Part shown: in pieces, positions 24,307 through 34,495 of the stretch
Numbering within the stretch: the first letter of the stretch is position 1
Layout: every line of letters begins with the position of its first letter
Source: Nitrospirota bacterium
GTDB lineage: Bacteria > Nitrospirota > Thermodesulfovibrionia > Thermodesulfovibrionales > UBA1546
Assembly: GCA_016208915.1 (NCBI GenBank)
Contig: JACQXE010000005.1
Coordinates: 2,177-66,176 of the forward strand
Direction: 5' to 3'
DNA length: 64,000 nucleotides
Program-made: the position numbers and the translations under genes
Notes under the pieces: model-generated
Databases searched by the model: none
Told to the model about the DNA's origin: nothing
What the model saw: only the letters and a program-made list of their open reading frames with translations

Positions 24307-25875
24307 TTAACCTAACAGAATCCTTTCTGCTTCCCTCATATCAGACTCCATTACATATGGAATTCCTGTTACCTCAGCACATTCTTTAGTAAGGCTAACA
24401 ATATCGTTTCTGTCTATATGTTTGACAGCAAATTTTCTTGCGCCAGCCATGAACTGCTGAATCCCAATCTTGAGCCTGTCGCAGAATGTATACATTGCCA
24501 TTGCCCCGACAGGCAGCTTTTTGAAATCCTTACCAAATTTTGCCTTAAGGATTTCGGCGGTTATAAATATTTTCTCAACAGTATCTCCATATTTTTTCAT
24601 CTCAGGAGGCGCCTTATCTTCTTTAATCCATCTTTGAATGTTCTTGCCTACAAATGCAGGAATCATCAGAGATCTTCCCATACAGACTGCCTTGAAAAAT
24701 GGGGCGCCAAGCGCAAGTGCCTTAAATATATGGTCTTCAAGAGAAAAACCACCTGCAATTGCAAGATCAGGGACGTATTTTCCTTTTGCCTTCAGCTGTG
24801 ATGCAAATTTGTATGTCATCGCCTCGAGATAAATTGTCGGGATTCCCCATTCATTCATCATCCTCCAAGGGCTCATTCCTGTTTCATCGCCAGCTCCGTC
24901 TATTGTCAGTAGATCAATCTCAGCATCAGATGAAAATCTCAATGCCCTCGCAAGGTCGGATATTCTATAAGCGCCAGTTTTGAGAGAGACAAACTTTGCT
25001 CCTGCATTTCTGTAGTGTTTCGCTGCCTTTACAAAACTGTCGTATTCAAACATCCCAAGTCTTGAATGTCTCTCAAATTCCTTAACCTCTCCCTCTTTAA
25101 ATCGTTTCTGCACTGTTTTATCTTCAGGGTCCGGCAGAACAATATATCCCCTGCTCTTTAATTCCAAAGCGCTGTCAAGTGTTTTTAATTTAACTTTCCC
25201 GCCGATATCTTTTGCGCCCTGTCCCCATTTGAGCTCTATGCAGTTAACGCCGAGTTTTTCTACTGCATATTCAGCAGAGCCGCACCTTGCATCCTCCACA
25301 TTCTGCTGAAGAATTATTTCTCCCTTGCCTTCGTACCAATTCTTGAAACACTCAATCCTTCTTTCAAGTTCCGGAGATTTCAAAACTCGGCCATTCTTAA
25401 ACTCTGCATCAGTATCCATTCCGACAACATTTTCTCCTATAACAACCATAATCCCAGAAATGGCAGCGCCAACAGCAAGGCCTTCCCAATTATCTTTTTC
25501 AATATCTGTTGAGCCTAATGTACCTGTAAAAACAGGCAAGCTCAGTTTAATCTTGTGCTTACTGCCGAGTTCTACCTCTGTGGAGACATTAGGGAATATA
25601 GCCTTATCAGAATCAGTCTCTGTACCTATTGCGCCTACACATGTGCCTTGGATATTCAGATGCTGATAATCTACAGAATGTTTTTTTGTCGCACCAGCCG
25701 TCACCTTCCCGAACGGCATTGGATAAAGGACCTCTCTGCCCCTATAAGAAGACTTTCCTACTTCACAAGCGCCTAGACAATCATCAAAACAGACCGAGCA
25801 TATTCCAGATGCCAAATCCTGAACCATGTTTTTTGTGTCTATTGCTGAACTCGCATTAGGTGTCCTGTAGTTCAT
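24307..25875 (-). CDS. Stand-alone FMN-binding glutamate synthase family protein (divergent motifs)
   Basis: CSVCFDDCLGACE, IELKWGQGAK, LKTGAY, IAGGFS, CMGR. Confidence 0.88.
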   Translation of the reverse strand: MNYRTPNASSAIDTKNMVQDLASGICSVCFDDCLGACEVGKSSYRGREVLYPMPFGKVTAGATKKHSVDYQHLNIQGTCVGAIGTETDSDKAIFPNVSTEVELGSKHKIKLSLPVFTGTLGSTDIEKDNWEGLAVGAAISGIMVVIGENVVGMDTDAEFKNGRVLKSPELERRIECFKNWYEGKGEIILQQNVEDARCGSAEYAVEKLGVNCIELKWGQGAKDIGGKVKLKTLDSALELKSRGYIVLPDPEDKTVQKRFKEGEVKEFERHSRLGMFEYDSFVKAAKHYRNAGAKFVSLKTGAYRISDLARALRFSSDAEIDLLTIDGAGDETGMSPWRMMNEWGIPTIYLEAMTYKFASQLKAKGKYVPDLAIAGGFSLEDHIFKALALGAPFFKAVCMGRSLMIPAFVGKNIQRWIKEDKAPPEMKKYGDTVEKIFITAEILKAKFGKDFKKLPVGAMAMYTFCDRLKIGIQQFMAGARKFAVKHIDRNDIVSLTKECAEVTGIPYVMESDMREAERILLG

Positions 25876-25989
25876 TGTCTGCCTCCGTCAAATAAGCGTA
25901 CTGATATTTTAGAAATGCTCCCATGATATAACTTTCACGGGACCATTTTCCCATGTATCCCAAACTATGTTTGTGAGCGCAAAAGTTCA

Positions 25990-27582
25990 TCAGGAGTTGA
26001 TTATTTTCAGTGCTTCCTTCCTGTAAGAATCCATCAAGTAGGGTATACCAGTAACCTTGGCGCATTCCTCGGTAAGAGACATCAGCTCATTTCTTGTAAT
26101 AGACTCAACATTAAAGCAGCGGGCGCCTGCCATTAATTGCTGTAATCCAACCTTGATTTTTTGAGAATAGCTGTAGATACCGATTGCTCCTAATGGAATG
26201 TTTTTGATTTCACTGCTGCCTACAAGGTTTTTTACCTCTTCATAATTGATAAAAATCTCTTCAACCGTAGAGCCATATTCACTTACATTTTTCGGGAGAT
26301 CATTTTCTTTTATCCATTTTGCGATATTCTTGCCCACCATGCCCGGAATCATTAGCGCACGGCCCATGCAAACAGCCTTGGTATAAGGGGCGCCTAAGGC
26401 TAAAGCCTTGAATATGCCGTCTTCACTGCTGAAACCACCTGCAAAGGCGATATCAGGAACACGCTCACCTTTCTTATCCAGCATCTTGCAGAATTCTGCC
26501 GCTGCAGCATGCAAGTAAAGCGAAGGCATACCCCATTCTTCCATCATACGCCATGGGCTCATGCCGGTGCCGCCAGGAGCGCCGTCGATCGTCAACAGAT
26601 CAATCTTGGCATTGGAACCCCATTTTATTGCCATTGCTAATTCACGCAAACCATATGCGCCTGTCTTCAAAGTAACTCTCTTGAAGCCGAGCTTCCTGAG
26701 CCTGCTGACTTCAGTGTAAAAACCTTTTTCTTCAATAAAGCCAAGCCGGCTGTGACGCTCAAATTCTTTGATTGCTTTGTCTTTGAAAGCTGCCTGAACA
26801 ACAGGATCTGAAGGATCAGGAGTAACGATATATCCACGCCTTTGCAATTCAAGTGCGCGTCCCAGAGAGTGCACTTTTATTTCACCCCCAATACATTTAG
26901 CGCCCTGTCCCCATTTCAATTCTATTGTTTCGAGTCCGTGCTTGTCGATGATGTATTCGGCAACTCCCAAACGGGTGTCTTCGACATTCATCTGTACAAG
27001 GATCTCTCCAAATCCCAGATGATTGCGGCGGTATATTTCAATCCTGCGATCCATATCCGGAGCTTTTGTGACTTTGTTTTTATTGTTTAATTCAAGGGCA
27101 GGGTCAATACCGCATACGTTTTCACCGCAGACTATCGTAACGCCGGAAATTGCTGCTCCAACCGCAAAATGCTCCCAGTTCTTACGGGCAATCTCAGTTG
27201 ATCCAAGGGCGCCGGTGAAAATCGGCACTTTCATCGAGACCTTTTTGCTCCAGCCATAGGATGTTTCAGTGTTAACATTCGGGAATTTGGCGGTATCCGG
27301 GTCGCCCTTTTGACCTTTTGGTAGGCCTTTGGCTCCCAATGCATACCCGTGGATATTCAGATGGGAATAGTCGATTGGATAATTTTTATCTCCGCCTGCA
27401 GTTATTTCTCCAAACGGTCCCGGATAAAGTAACTCTCTGCCTCTGAAAGTAGCCTTGAAAACTTCACAATTCCCTCTGCACCCGTCTATACATCGGGTGC
27501 AAATCCCACTCATAGGGGAAACACTTTTAGAACGGTTGTGTGTTCTGGTTGCTTCATTAGAATTTGGTTGTTGCAGGTTCAT
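25990..27582 (-). CDS. Stand-alone FMN-binding glutamate synthase family protein
   Basis: CTRCIDGCRGNCE, IELKWGQGAKCIGGE, DGAPGGTGMSP, CMGRALM. Confidence 0.9.
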   Translation of the reverse strand: MNLQQPNSNEATRTHNRSKSVSPMSGICTRCIDGCRGNCEVFKATFRGRELLYPGPFGEITAGGDKNYPIDYSHLNIHGYALGAKGLPKGQKGDPDTAKFPNVNTETSYGWSKKVSMKVPIFTGALGSTEIARKNWEHFAVGAAISGVTIVCGENVCGIDPALELNNKNKVTKAPDMDRRIEIYRRNHLGFGEILVQMNVEDTRLGVAEYIIDKHGLETIELKWGQGAKCIGGEIKVHSLGRALELQRRGYIVTPDPSDPVVQAAFKDKAIKEFERHSRLGFIEEKGFYTEVSRLRKLGFKRVTLKTGAYGLRELAMAIKWGSNAKIDLLTIDGAPGGTGMSPWRMMEEWGMPSLYLHAAAAEFCKMLDKKGERVPDIAFAGGFSSEDGIFKALALGAPYTKAVCMGRALMIPGMVGKNIAKWIKENDLPKNVSEYGSTVEEIFINYEEVKNLVGSSEIKNIPLGAIGIYSYSQKIKVGLQQLMAGARCFNVESITRNELMSLTEECAKVTGIPYLMDSYRKEALKIINS

Positions 27583-27690
27583 TTTTTTCCTCCGTTAATA
27601 CGTCCATTTTTTTGTGATAACAACTTTTAGCGCTTACTGCTGATAATTTTTGTTATTAAATTTCTCACCTCCTCTTAAGTGTAGTTAAAT

Positions 27691-27714
27691 AAATACTTAA
27701 CAAATTAAGTATTT
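27691..27714. promoter_or_regulatory. Perfect 10-bp-arm palindrome, candidate operator
   Basis: AAATACTTAA-CAAA-TTAAGTATTT overlapping a minus-strand TTGCCT-18-TAATTT promoter candidate. Confidence 0.6.
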
Positions 27715-27778
27715 CTAAAGCGAGCAGGCAAAAAAAATCCACTAAGGGATTTTCAAGCTGCATTCATTAGAGTTTGTA

Positions 27779-29053
27779 TCATATGCACATGACCAGTAAC
27801 TCGGCCTCCTCATTTACGTTATTTTTCCAGAGAGAAGGTAACGAATCCGTGATATACACTGAATCGCCGGGTTTAAGCATCCTTTCTTTATTGTCGATTT
27901 TCACTGTTATATTCCCTTTTATGACATATATAAGTTCTTCCCTTTTATGCTGAAGAAAATGTCTATTCAATTCAGCGGAAGGATTCAGCACTGTTATAAA
28001 AGCAGATGTTTTATTTTTGGATATTATATTGAATATTGAATAGCTTTGATCTTTTTCGAACAGATTGTCTCGCATAGTATCACTGTCAATGAGCCATTCA
28101 GCCCCATTGTTTTTTTGCCCCTGCTGTAGAAAAATGGCAGGATTTATTCCAAGCGTATCTGCTATCTGGAGAAAAGAATTTAATGACGGGCTTATCTGAT
28201 TATTTTCAAGCTGCGATATGAAACTCGGCGTAAGCCCTATCTTATCGGCAAGGTCTTTCTGCGACATATTCAGTCTTCCCCGGGCTTCCTTAACGCGGCT
28301 GCCGATATCGTATGAAGGCTCTTTCTTTGCAGGCAGTATTAGGATATTACCGTCTTCTATTTCATAGGAATGGGGTTTGAATGCCTCTCTGTCTGTTCTG
28401 CCATCAAGCTTTAGGGCTTTCAGAAATAATTTGTCTCTCCTTTTGTAAAGTTCGATCACGACCTGGGTTATATGTCTGAGGTTTGCCTTGAAAGTCTGGC
28501 TGTGCGCTTCTTTTTCGAGTATCCAGTATGCAACAGTGCCGAGATCATACAACCTGGGGCACATGTAGGTAAAGAATTTGTATGTGCTGCTTTCATCCCC
28601 CCAGAGGTCCTGTATTCCGGTTAAGCTGTCGAATATATACAGAGCGCCTCCTGATAATTTTTCTTGGATAGAGTTAATGGTCTCATTAAAAAACGATATA
28701 TCGTTCGGTCTTTCTACTTTTATTATGTTTGGATATGCCGGCCGATCTGTTTCATAGAATTTCACGAATGTCTTGTCGCGTTTGCCCTTTCCTGTAGTAA
28801 AGCAATCGAGCATGATGACTTTCTCTGTATTAACAAGATTATTAATATTCATGTAAAGGAGGAGACTTTGCGGAGACCTGTTAAAACTCACATAAATAAC
28901 ATCTCGATTCTCTATGAGAGAGTTATGAATAAAGTTTTGGATAAATATTTCTTCTGATGTTCCTGCCTCAGTTTCCCAGACAACATTGTCACCTATGTGC
29001 AAGGAATCAATAAGACCATCAAGACTCTTTATGCCGGACGATATTTTTTGCAT
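27779..29053 (-). CDS. KaiC/RecA-like ATPase domain (degenerate Walker A) + XRE HTH + cupin regulator
   Basis: ISSGIKSLDGLI...IFDSLT; MSQKDLADKIGLTPSFISQLENNQISPSL; EELIYVIKG...LKPGDSVY. Confidence 0.85.
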   Translation of the reverse strand: MQKISSGIKSLDGLIDSLHIGDNVVWETEAGTSEEIFIQNFIHNSLIENRDVIYVSFNRSPQSLLLYMNINNLVNTEKVIMLDCFTTGKGKRDKTFVKFYETDRPAYPNIIKVERPNDISFFNETINSIQEKLSGGALYIFDSLTGIQDLWGDESSTYKFFTYMCPRLYDLGTVAYWILEKEAHSQTFKANLRHITQVVIELYKRRDKLFLKALKLDGRTDREAFKPHSYEIEDGNILILPAKKEPSYDIGSRVKEARGRLNMSQKDLADKIGLTPSFISQLENNQISPSLNSFLQIADTLGINPAIFLQQGQKNNGAEWLIDSDTMRDNLFEKDQSYSIFNIISKNKTSAFITVLNPSAELNRHFLQHKREELIYVIKGNITVKIDNKERMLKPGDSVYITDSLPSLWKNNVNEEAELLVMCI

Positions 29054-29074
29054 GGTAAACGGTTACCCTATGAT
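29054..29074. promoter_or_regulatory. Putative NrpR operator abutting the start codon of the XRE regulator
   Basis: GGTAAAC-GGTTACC; minus-strand TTGACA(29105-29110)-18-TAAAGT. Confidence 0.65.
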
Positions 29075-29147
29075 AGTATAACTTTAAAAAATCAGGGAAT
29101 TATTTGTCAAATGATTTTTATTGGCGCACCAGGCTTCGATGCCTCCA

Positions 29148-29200
29148 TTGACAAAAGACACTGTTACCACTTATTATAAAACGAACGGTAATCGTTTGCC
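29148..29200 (+). promoter_or_regulatory. sigma70 promoter with putative NrpR operator
   Basis: TTGACA(29148)-18-TATTAT(29172); AACGAAC-GGTAATC-GTTTGCC at 29180-29200. Confidence 0.6.
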
Positions 29201-29206
29201 GTCTAG

Positions 29207-29254
29207 GGCGTCTATTGCCACCAGATAACATCTCTATGGCAAAGACGCTTTTTT
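29207..29254 (+). terminator. Intrinsic terminator in the gltB leader (attenuator or sRNA 3' end)
   Basis: GCGTCTATTGCCA / TGGCAAAGACGC stem followed by T6. Confidence 0.65.
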
Positions 29255-29281
29255 GCCTGAAAAGAAACTATAAGCTATAAT
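29253..29281 (+). promoter_or_regulatory. Second, proximal sigma70 promoter for the gltB operon
   Basis: TTGCCT(29253)-17-TATAAT(29276). Confidence 0.55.
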
Positions 29282-29305
29282 GAATGTATATTGTGAGAGG
29301 AAAAA

Positions 29306-30415
29306 ATGTGCAGACTTGCTGCAATAACCTCGGATAAATATATCTCTCCACTGGAAAATGTCCTTGCCCTTGAGACAATGAAGGAAGGGCATGACGGTTC
29401 AGGCCTGGGCCTTGTTCTGAAAAACTTGGGTGGGGAATTCGAGGAACTTAAAAAATATCCAATAATGTCTGGAATCTGTTCCAAAAGTGGTGTAAAGATA
29501 CTTGACGATTATATGGAAAACCACGGCTTCTATCTTCAACACGCATGGACCCCTAAAATAAAACATGTAAAGGGCATAACACCGCGTGATTACTATTTTG
29601 CAAGGGTCTATGATTATCCAAAATCATATAAAGACAAACCAATGCTGGAAAAAGAAGACCTCCTGATGAACACGCGCATTACATTGAGAAAGATGGGAGA
29701 GTCGGATGAATCAATATTCGTATTCTCATTTTATCCCGATGTCATAGCTTTAAAAGAGGTTGGCGACCCGCTTGAGCTCGCAGAGTTCTTTTCACTCAAC
29801 AAATCAAACCTCTGTGCAAAGATAATCTTTGCGCAGGGAAGACAGAATACAAACTATGCAATAAACTTATACGCATGCCACCCGTTCTTCATTCAGGGAT
29901 ACTGTTCGATGACAAACGGAGAAAACACAGCATTTGTGCCCATAAGGGAATTCTTGATGAGCAGGGGTTTCAGGGGCTATATCGGATATAACAGCGACAG
30001 CGAGGTATTTACGCATATACTACATTATACCCTAAGACATCTGGGCTTCCCTCTAACTTACTATAAAGACGTCATAACACCTTTAAAGCCTTCAGAGATA
30101 GAAAAAAGGGATGACAGCGAAGCGCTTAAGCTTATCAAGCAGTCATTAAGACCATTATGCATAGATGGGCCGAACATGGTTATTGGATTTATGCCTGACG
30201 GAACCTGTTTTATGGTTCAGGACTCGAAAAAACTCAGGCCAGGAGTCGTTGGCGGCATTAAAGGCAAATATGCATTGATGTCTGAGGAATGCGGCGTTGA
30301 CAAAACAATTCCCAAAAGGGATAAGTCAAAAGACATATTCCCGATGAAATATGACATGGTAATCATTTCACCTCAGGCACAGGAGGTAAAGATATGGAAC
30401 CAGCTTACAGGTTAG
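29306..30415 (+). CDS. gltB: Glutamate synthase amidotransferase subunit (class II GATase, split GltB)
   Basis: N-terminal Met-Cys; GRQNTN, HPF, TNGE, DSEV. Confidence 0.88.
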   Translation: MCRLAAITSDKYISPLENVLALETMKEGHDGSGLGLVLKNLGGEFEELKKYPIMSGICSKSGVKILDDYMENHGFYLQHAWTPKIKHVKGITPRDYYFARVYDYPKSYKDKPMLEKEDLLMNTRITLRKMGESDESIFVFSFYPDVIALKEVGDPLELAEFFSLNKSNLCAKIIFAQGRQNTNYAINLYACHPFFIQGYCSMTNGENTAFVPIREFLMSRGFRGYIGYNSDSEVFTHILHYTLRHLGFPLTYYKDVITPLKPSEIEKRDDSEALKLIKQSLRPLCIDGPNMVIGFMPDGTCFMVQDSKKLRPGVVGGIKGKYALMSEECGVDKTIPKRDKSKDIFPMKYDMVIISPQAQEVKIWNQLTG

Positions 30416-32055
30416 ACCACAACCATAAGCTCTCATTAAGAGAGTTTCCATATATAATACGCTGGAGGGACGACAGGTGCAAAAGATGCGGAAGATGCAC
30501 CGCAGCATGTCCTGTTAAGGCGATAGAGCCAACAGTAAAGATCCTGAGAACTATACAGTCAGAAGGACCTGTCCCAACACCTGCGGCAACGAGAAAGATT
30601 ACACATATTGTAGAACAGGTCGCTGATATGGAGAGATACTGCACAGGATGCGGAGCATGTGTGCTGGTATGTCCTAATGAGGCGATAGAGCCTGAGTTCA
30701 ATCCTCAGAATAAATTCCTGTTCTATAAAAACAAAGGCGGAGAGGGTTACAAAAGAGGCGGAAGAAGAAATGACCCGTCAATTTCAAACCTCGACAGACT
30801 TAAATTCACAAGAATATCAATGCTCACAGACCCTGCACTTGATGCAGGAAGGCATGAATTTAGAATAAGAACTCTGCTCGGCAGGATTCTGCCTCCAGAA
30901 GAATTGCCATTAAAAAATGAAAACGGCATATTAGCTGTTGATAAGACAATTGAAAAATTCATACCGCCTGTACGAGAGATATACCCAATAATGATCGGAA
31001 GCATGTCTGTAGGCGCACTCTCTCCCACGATGTGGGAGGGGCTTGCCATGGGCATTGCATACCTCAATGAAGTCGAAGGCCTGCCTGTTGTAATGTGTTC
31101 TGGTGAAGGCGGAATGCCGCCAAGACTTTTAAAATCAAAATACCTGAAGTACTTCATCATCCAGATTGCCTCAGGCTATTTTGGATGGGATGAGATTATA
31201 TACGCCCTGCCCCATATGGTCGAGGACCCTGCTGCTATAGAGATCAAGTATGGTCAGGGCGCAAAACCAGGAGATGGCGGCTTATTGATGGCACAGAAGG
31301 TTCTGAAGCTCATAGCAAATATCCGAGGTGTACCTCAATTTGTTGATCTTGCATCGCCTCCAACACACCAGACAAAGTACTCGATTGAAGAGGCAGTTGC
31401 AAAGATGATCCAGTCTATGTCAATGGCATGGGGCTTCAGAGTTCCTGTTTACCCCAAGATTTCCGGATCTAAAACAGCACGTGCTGTTTTAAATAATCTC
31501 GCAAGAAACCCCTATGCTGCAGCACTTTCAATAGACGGCGAGGACGGTGGAACAGGCGCTGCATACAATGTCTCTATGGATAAGATGGGGCATCCTATCG
31601 CATCGAATCTAAGGGAATGTTACCTTGACCTTGTGAAACAGGGCAAACAAAATGAGCTTCCCCTGATAGCAGCAGGCGGCATCGGTAAAAAAGGAAATCT
31701 TGCAGCGAATGCAGCAGCCCTCATTATGCTGGGTGCATCTGCTGTCTCCATAGGAAAGTACATCATGCAGGCGGCAGCAGACTGTTTCGGTGATGAATAT
31801 AATCGCTGTAACCTATGCAACACAGGCAAATGCCCGCGTGGCATTACCACTCAGGACCCAAAGCTCTATAGAAGGCTTGATTCTGATAAGGTTGCAGAGA
31901 GGGTTGTCGAGGCATTCAAAGCTGCTGATGTTGAGTTGAAGAAGATATTTGCACCTATGGGCAGGAGCACAGAGCTTCCGATAGGTATGTCAGACGGCTT
32001 GAGCACAGATGACAAGGCAATGGCTGAAAGACTGGATATAAGTTATGCGTGCTAA
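30394..32055 (+). CDS. gltB: Glutamate synthase FMN/Fe-S subunit (split GltB)
   Basis: Two CxxCxxCxxxCP; IEIKYGQGAKPGDGG; C-terminal CNLCNTGKCPRGITTQDP. Confidence 0.9.
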   Translation: MEPAYRLDHNHKLSLREFPYIIRWRDDRCKRCGRCTAACPVKAIEPTVKILRTIQSEGPVPTPAATRKITHIVEQVADMERYCTGCGACVLVCPNEAIEPEFNPQNKFLFYKNKGGEGYKRGGRRNDPSISNLDRLKFTRISMLTDPALDAGRHEFRIRTLLGRILPPEELPLKNENGILAVDKTIEKFIPPVREIYPIMIGSMSVGALSPTMWEGLAMGIAYLNEVEGLPVVMCSGEGGMPPRLLKSKYLKYFIIQIASGYFGWDEIIYALPHMVEDPAAIEIKYGQGAKPGDGGLLMAQKVLKLIANIRGVPQFVDLASPPTHQTKYSIEEAVAKMIQSMSMAWGFRVPVYPKISGSKTARAVLNNLARNPYAAALSIDGEDGGTGAAYNVSMDKMGHPIASNLRECYLDLVKQGKQNELPLIAAGGIGKKGNLAANAAALIMLGASAVSIGKYIMQAAADCFGDEYNRCNLCNTGKCPRGITTQDPKLYRRLDSDKVAERVVEAFKAADVELKKIFAPMGRSTELPIGMSDGLSTDDKAMAERLDISYAC

Positions 32056-34471
32056 GAAAAGAACAGAAGCGCAGAAGCGCAGAAGCGCGGAAGTGCTGAA
32101 GAAGAAAAAAAAGTTTCAGAACTTGCAAACTTCCGAGCTTCCGAGCTTCAGGACTATTATCATACACGGAAACGTAAGGGGCAATCGTGTCCCTTCAAGG
32201 ATTCTTGAAGAGCAGACACAACATACTGTTCAGGAAGGCACACGGGAACTCCATATCATGGCCGATGGTCAGCATGGCATCGGAGGCAGAATCTGGCCAA
32301 GGAAGGAAACAGTAAAGATTACTGTCGAGGGTCCTGTTGGTCAAAGGCTCGGAAGCATGGGAATGCCCGGCACGGAAATTGTCGTTAAGGGCAGCGTTTC
32401 GGATGATGTGGGATGGCTTAACTGCGGCGCAAAGATAACGGTTCTCGGCGATGCTACAAATGGCGCCTGGAATGCTGCTGCTCAGGGAATCCTTTATATT
32501 CAAGGGAGTGGTGGCGCGCGTTGCGATACCATGACAAAGCATAATCCTAGGTTTAACCCGCCCCAGTCATGGTATTTCAGAAACGTGGGAGATTCATTTG
32601 CTGAGTTTAAGGCAGGCGGGATTTCTGTTATCTGCGGAGTAAATCCAAGGAATCCTAAAAATATAATTGGCTATCGCCCATGCATAGGAATGGTCGGAGG
32701 CATAATCTATTTCAGAGGACCTATCCAAGGGTATAGTGAAAAAGATGTAAAACTCCTTAACCTCACGCCGCAGGATTGGGAATGGCTCAGGACAAACATG
32801 AAGCATTTCCTTGAAGCAATAGACAGAAAGTCCTATTATAAAGAACTTACACGCTCTACAGAAGACTGGAAGAAGCTAATTGCATACACGCCACAGGAAA
32901 AGCGCGAACGAAAATGGTTTAAGATATCCGCTGTAGACTTCAGAAAAAATATGTGGGAAAAAGAGGTCGGGCAGGGAGGAATATTTGCTGAATACCTCAG
33001 CCATGAACTCACGGTCCTGCCATACATCACAACAGGAAATGAGAGAAGGAACAAGCCTGTATGGGCAAATGAAAAATATCTCCCGCCATGCGCATATGCA
33101 TGTCCGACACGAATCCCATCGCACAAGAGGGCAACATTAATTAGGCAGGGGAAAATACATGATGCACTCGAACTTGTCTTGCAATACAGTCCTCTTCCTG
33201 CCACTGTCTGCGGACAGATATGCCCTAACCTATGCATGAATGCATGCACAAGGGGTCAGATTGACAAGCCCCTCGCAATAAATAAGTACGGAAGCCTTGC
33301 GCTTGAACTCCCATCACCCAAAAAGGAAAAACCAACAGGACACAAGATAGCTGTAATTGGAGGCGGTCCCGCTGGATTAAGCGCCTCATGGCAGCTCGCT
33401 CTAAAGGGACATAATGTTGACCTGTACGAAGCAGCCGACAAACTCGGCGGAAAGGTGGAGTTGTGCATACCGAGAGAGCGTCTTCCACATGAAATACTTG
33501 AAAAAGAATTATCAAGATTCAGTGAGATCGGAGTGAATGTGCATCTCAATACAAGGGTTGACAGCTATAAATTCCATGAGATATACAAAAATCACGAGAT
33601 TGTAGTTATTGCATGCGGCGCCCATCAACCGAGAACAGTCAAGTTCGACGGCTCTGAGCATATAATCTCAGCCTATGACTTTCTTAAGGATATAAACAGC
33701 GGAAAAAAACCTGTTCTCAAGGGGAAAAAAGTTGTTGTAATAGGCGCAGGCAATGTCGGAATGGATGTGGCTTCTGAGGCATATATGTATGGCGCAGAAT
33801 CAGTTATAGCTGTTGATATACAGAAGCCGGCTGCATTCGGCAAAGAGATGGAGCTTGCCGCATCTAAAGGCACAAAGATACTGTGGCCAAAATTCACTGA
33901 AAGATATGACCATAAGGAAAAGAAGATATATTTCAAGGATGGTTCTTCGCTTGACGCTGATATTGTCGTTATCTCAATAGGCGATGTGCCTTTGCTTGAT
34001 TTCCTGTCCCCATCTATTCATACAGAGAAAGGATGGATTGAGGTAAATGACATAGGACAGACATCTGATGTTAAGGTCTTTGCCATAGGAGACGCAACAC
34101 AGCCCGGCCTTGTAACACATGCTATTGGACAGGGAAGAGTTCTTGCAGATATAATACACTATCAGCTCATGCATGCGCCAAGACAGTCTGAGGTCAAACA
34201 GGTTATTCCATACGACAGAATAAGGACAGAATACTATGATGCATGCACAGGAGATTTCACACCTGAAAAAGAGGCAAACAAATGCATGTCATGTGCCGCA
34301 TGCCGTGACTGCCGTATGTGCGAGGCAACCTGCTATTGGGGAGCTATCAGCAGGGTCGAGCATAAAGACGGTTCATATGAATACATAGTTGATGAGGACA
34401 AATGCATTGGCTGCGGTTTCTGCGCAGGCATATGTCCCTGCGGAGTGTGGGAGATGGTAGAAAATGTTTAA
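32045..34471 (+). CDS. gltD: Glutamate synthase GXGXG domain fused to GltD-like FAD/NAD(P)H oxidoreductase and ferredoxin
   Basis: GXGXG repeats, CGQICPNLC, GGGPAG, GAGNVG, C-terminal 4Fe-4S motifs. Confidence 0.88.
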   Translation: MRAKKRTEAQKRRSAEVLKKKKKFQNLQTSELPSFRTIIIHGNVRGNRVPSRILEEQTQHTVQEGTRELHIMADGQHGIGGRIWPRKETVKITVEGPVGQRLGSMGMPGTEIVVKGSVSDDVGWLNCGAKITVLGDATNGAWNAAAQGILYIQGSGGARCDTMTKHNPRFNPPQSWYFRNVGDSFAEFKAGGISVICGVNPRNPKNIIGYRPCIGMVGGIIYFRGPIQGYSEKDVKLLNLTPQDWEWLRTNMKHFLEAIDRKSYYKELTRSTEDWKKLIAYTPQEKRERKWFKISAVDFRKNMWEKEVGQGGIFAEYLSHELTVLPYITTGNERRNKPVWANEKYLPPCAYACPTRIPSHKRATLIRQGKIHDALELVLQYSPLPATVCGQICPNLCMNACTRGQIDKPLAINKYGSLALELPSPKKEKPTGHKIAVIGGGPAGLSASWQLALKGHNVDLYEAADKLGGKVELCIPRERLPHEILEKELSRFSEIGVNVHLNTRVDSYKFHEIYKNHEIVVIACGAHQPRTVKFDGSEHIISAYDFLKDINSGKKPVLKGKKVVVIGAGNVGMDVASEAYMYGAESVIAVDIQKPAAFGKEMELAASKGTKILWPKFTERYDHKEKKIYFKDGSSLDADIVVISIGDVPLLDFLSPSIHTEKGWIEVNDIGQTSDVKVFAIGDATQPGLVTHAIGQGRVLADIIHYQLMHAPRQSEVKQVIPYDRIRTEYYDACTGDFTPEKEANKCMSCAACRDCRMCEATCYWGAISRVEHKDGSYEYIVDEDKCIGCGFCAGICPCGVWEMVENV
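32064..32149. repeat. In-frame inverted octamer tandem arrays near the N-terminus of the gltB3/gltD gene
   Basis: agaagcgc x3, ggaagtgc ... gaacttgc aaacttcc gagcttcc gagcttc. Confidence 0.75.
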
Positions 34472-34495
34472 AAAAACTAAAAAAGGAGATTTGTT

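Noticed and set aside
25856..26065. 69-aa ORF between the two stand-alone synthase genes
   Set aside because: Overlaps both neighbours and has no recognisable domain; at most a remnant
29238..29249. GGC-AAAGAC-GCT as an ANTAR-binding hairpin
   Set aside because: Single copy on the 3' arm of the terminator rather than a tandem pair at the 5' arm; no ANTAR protein in the window
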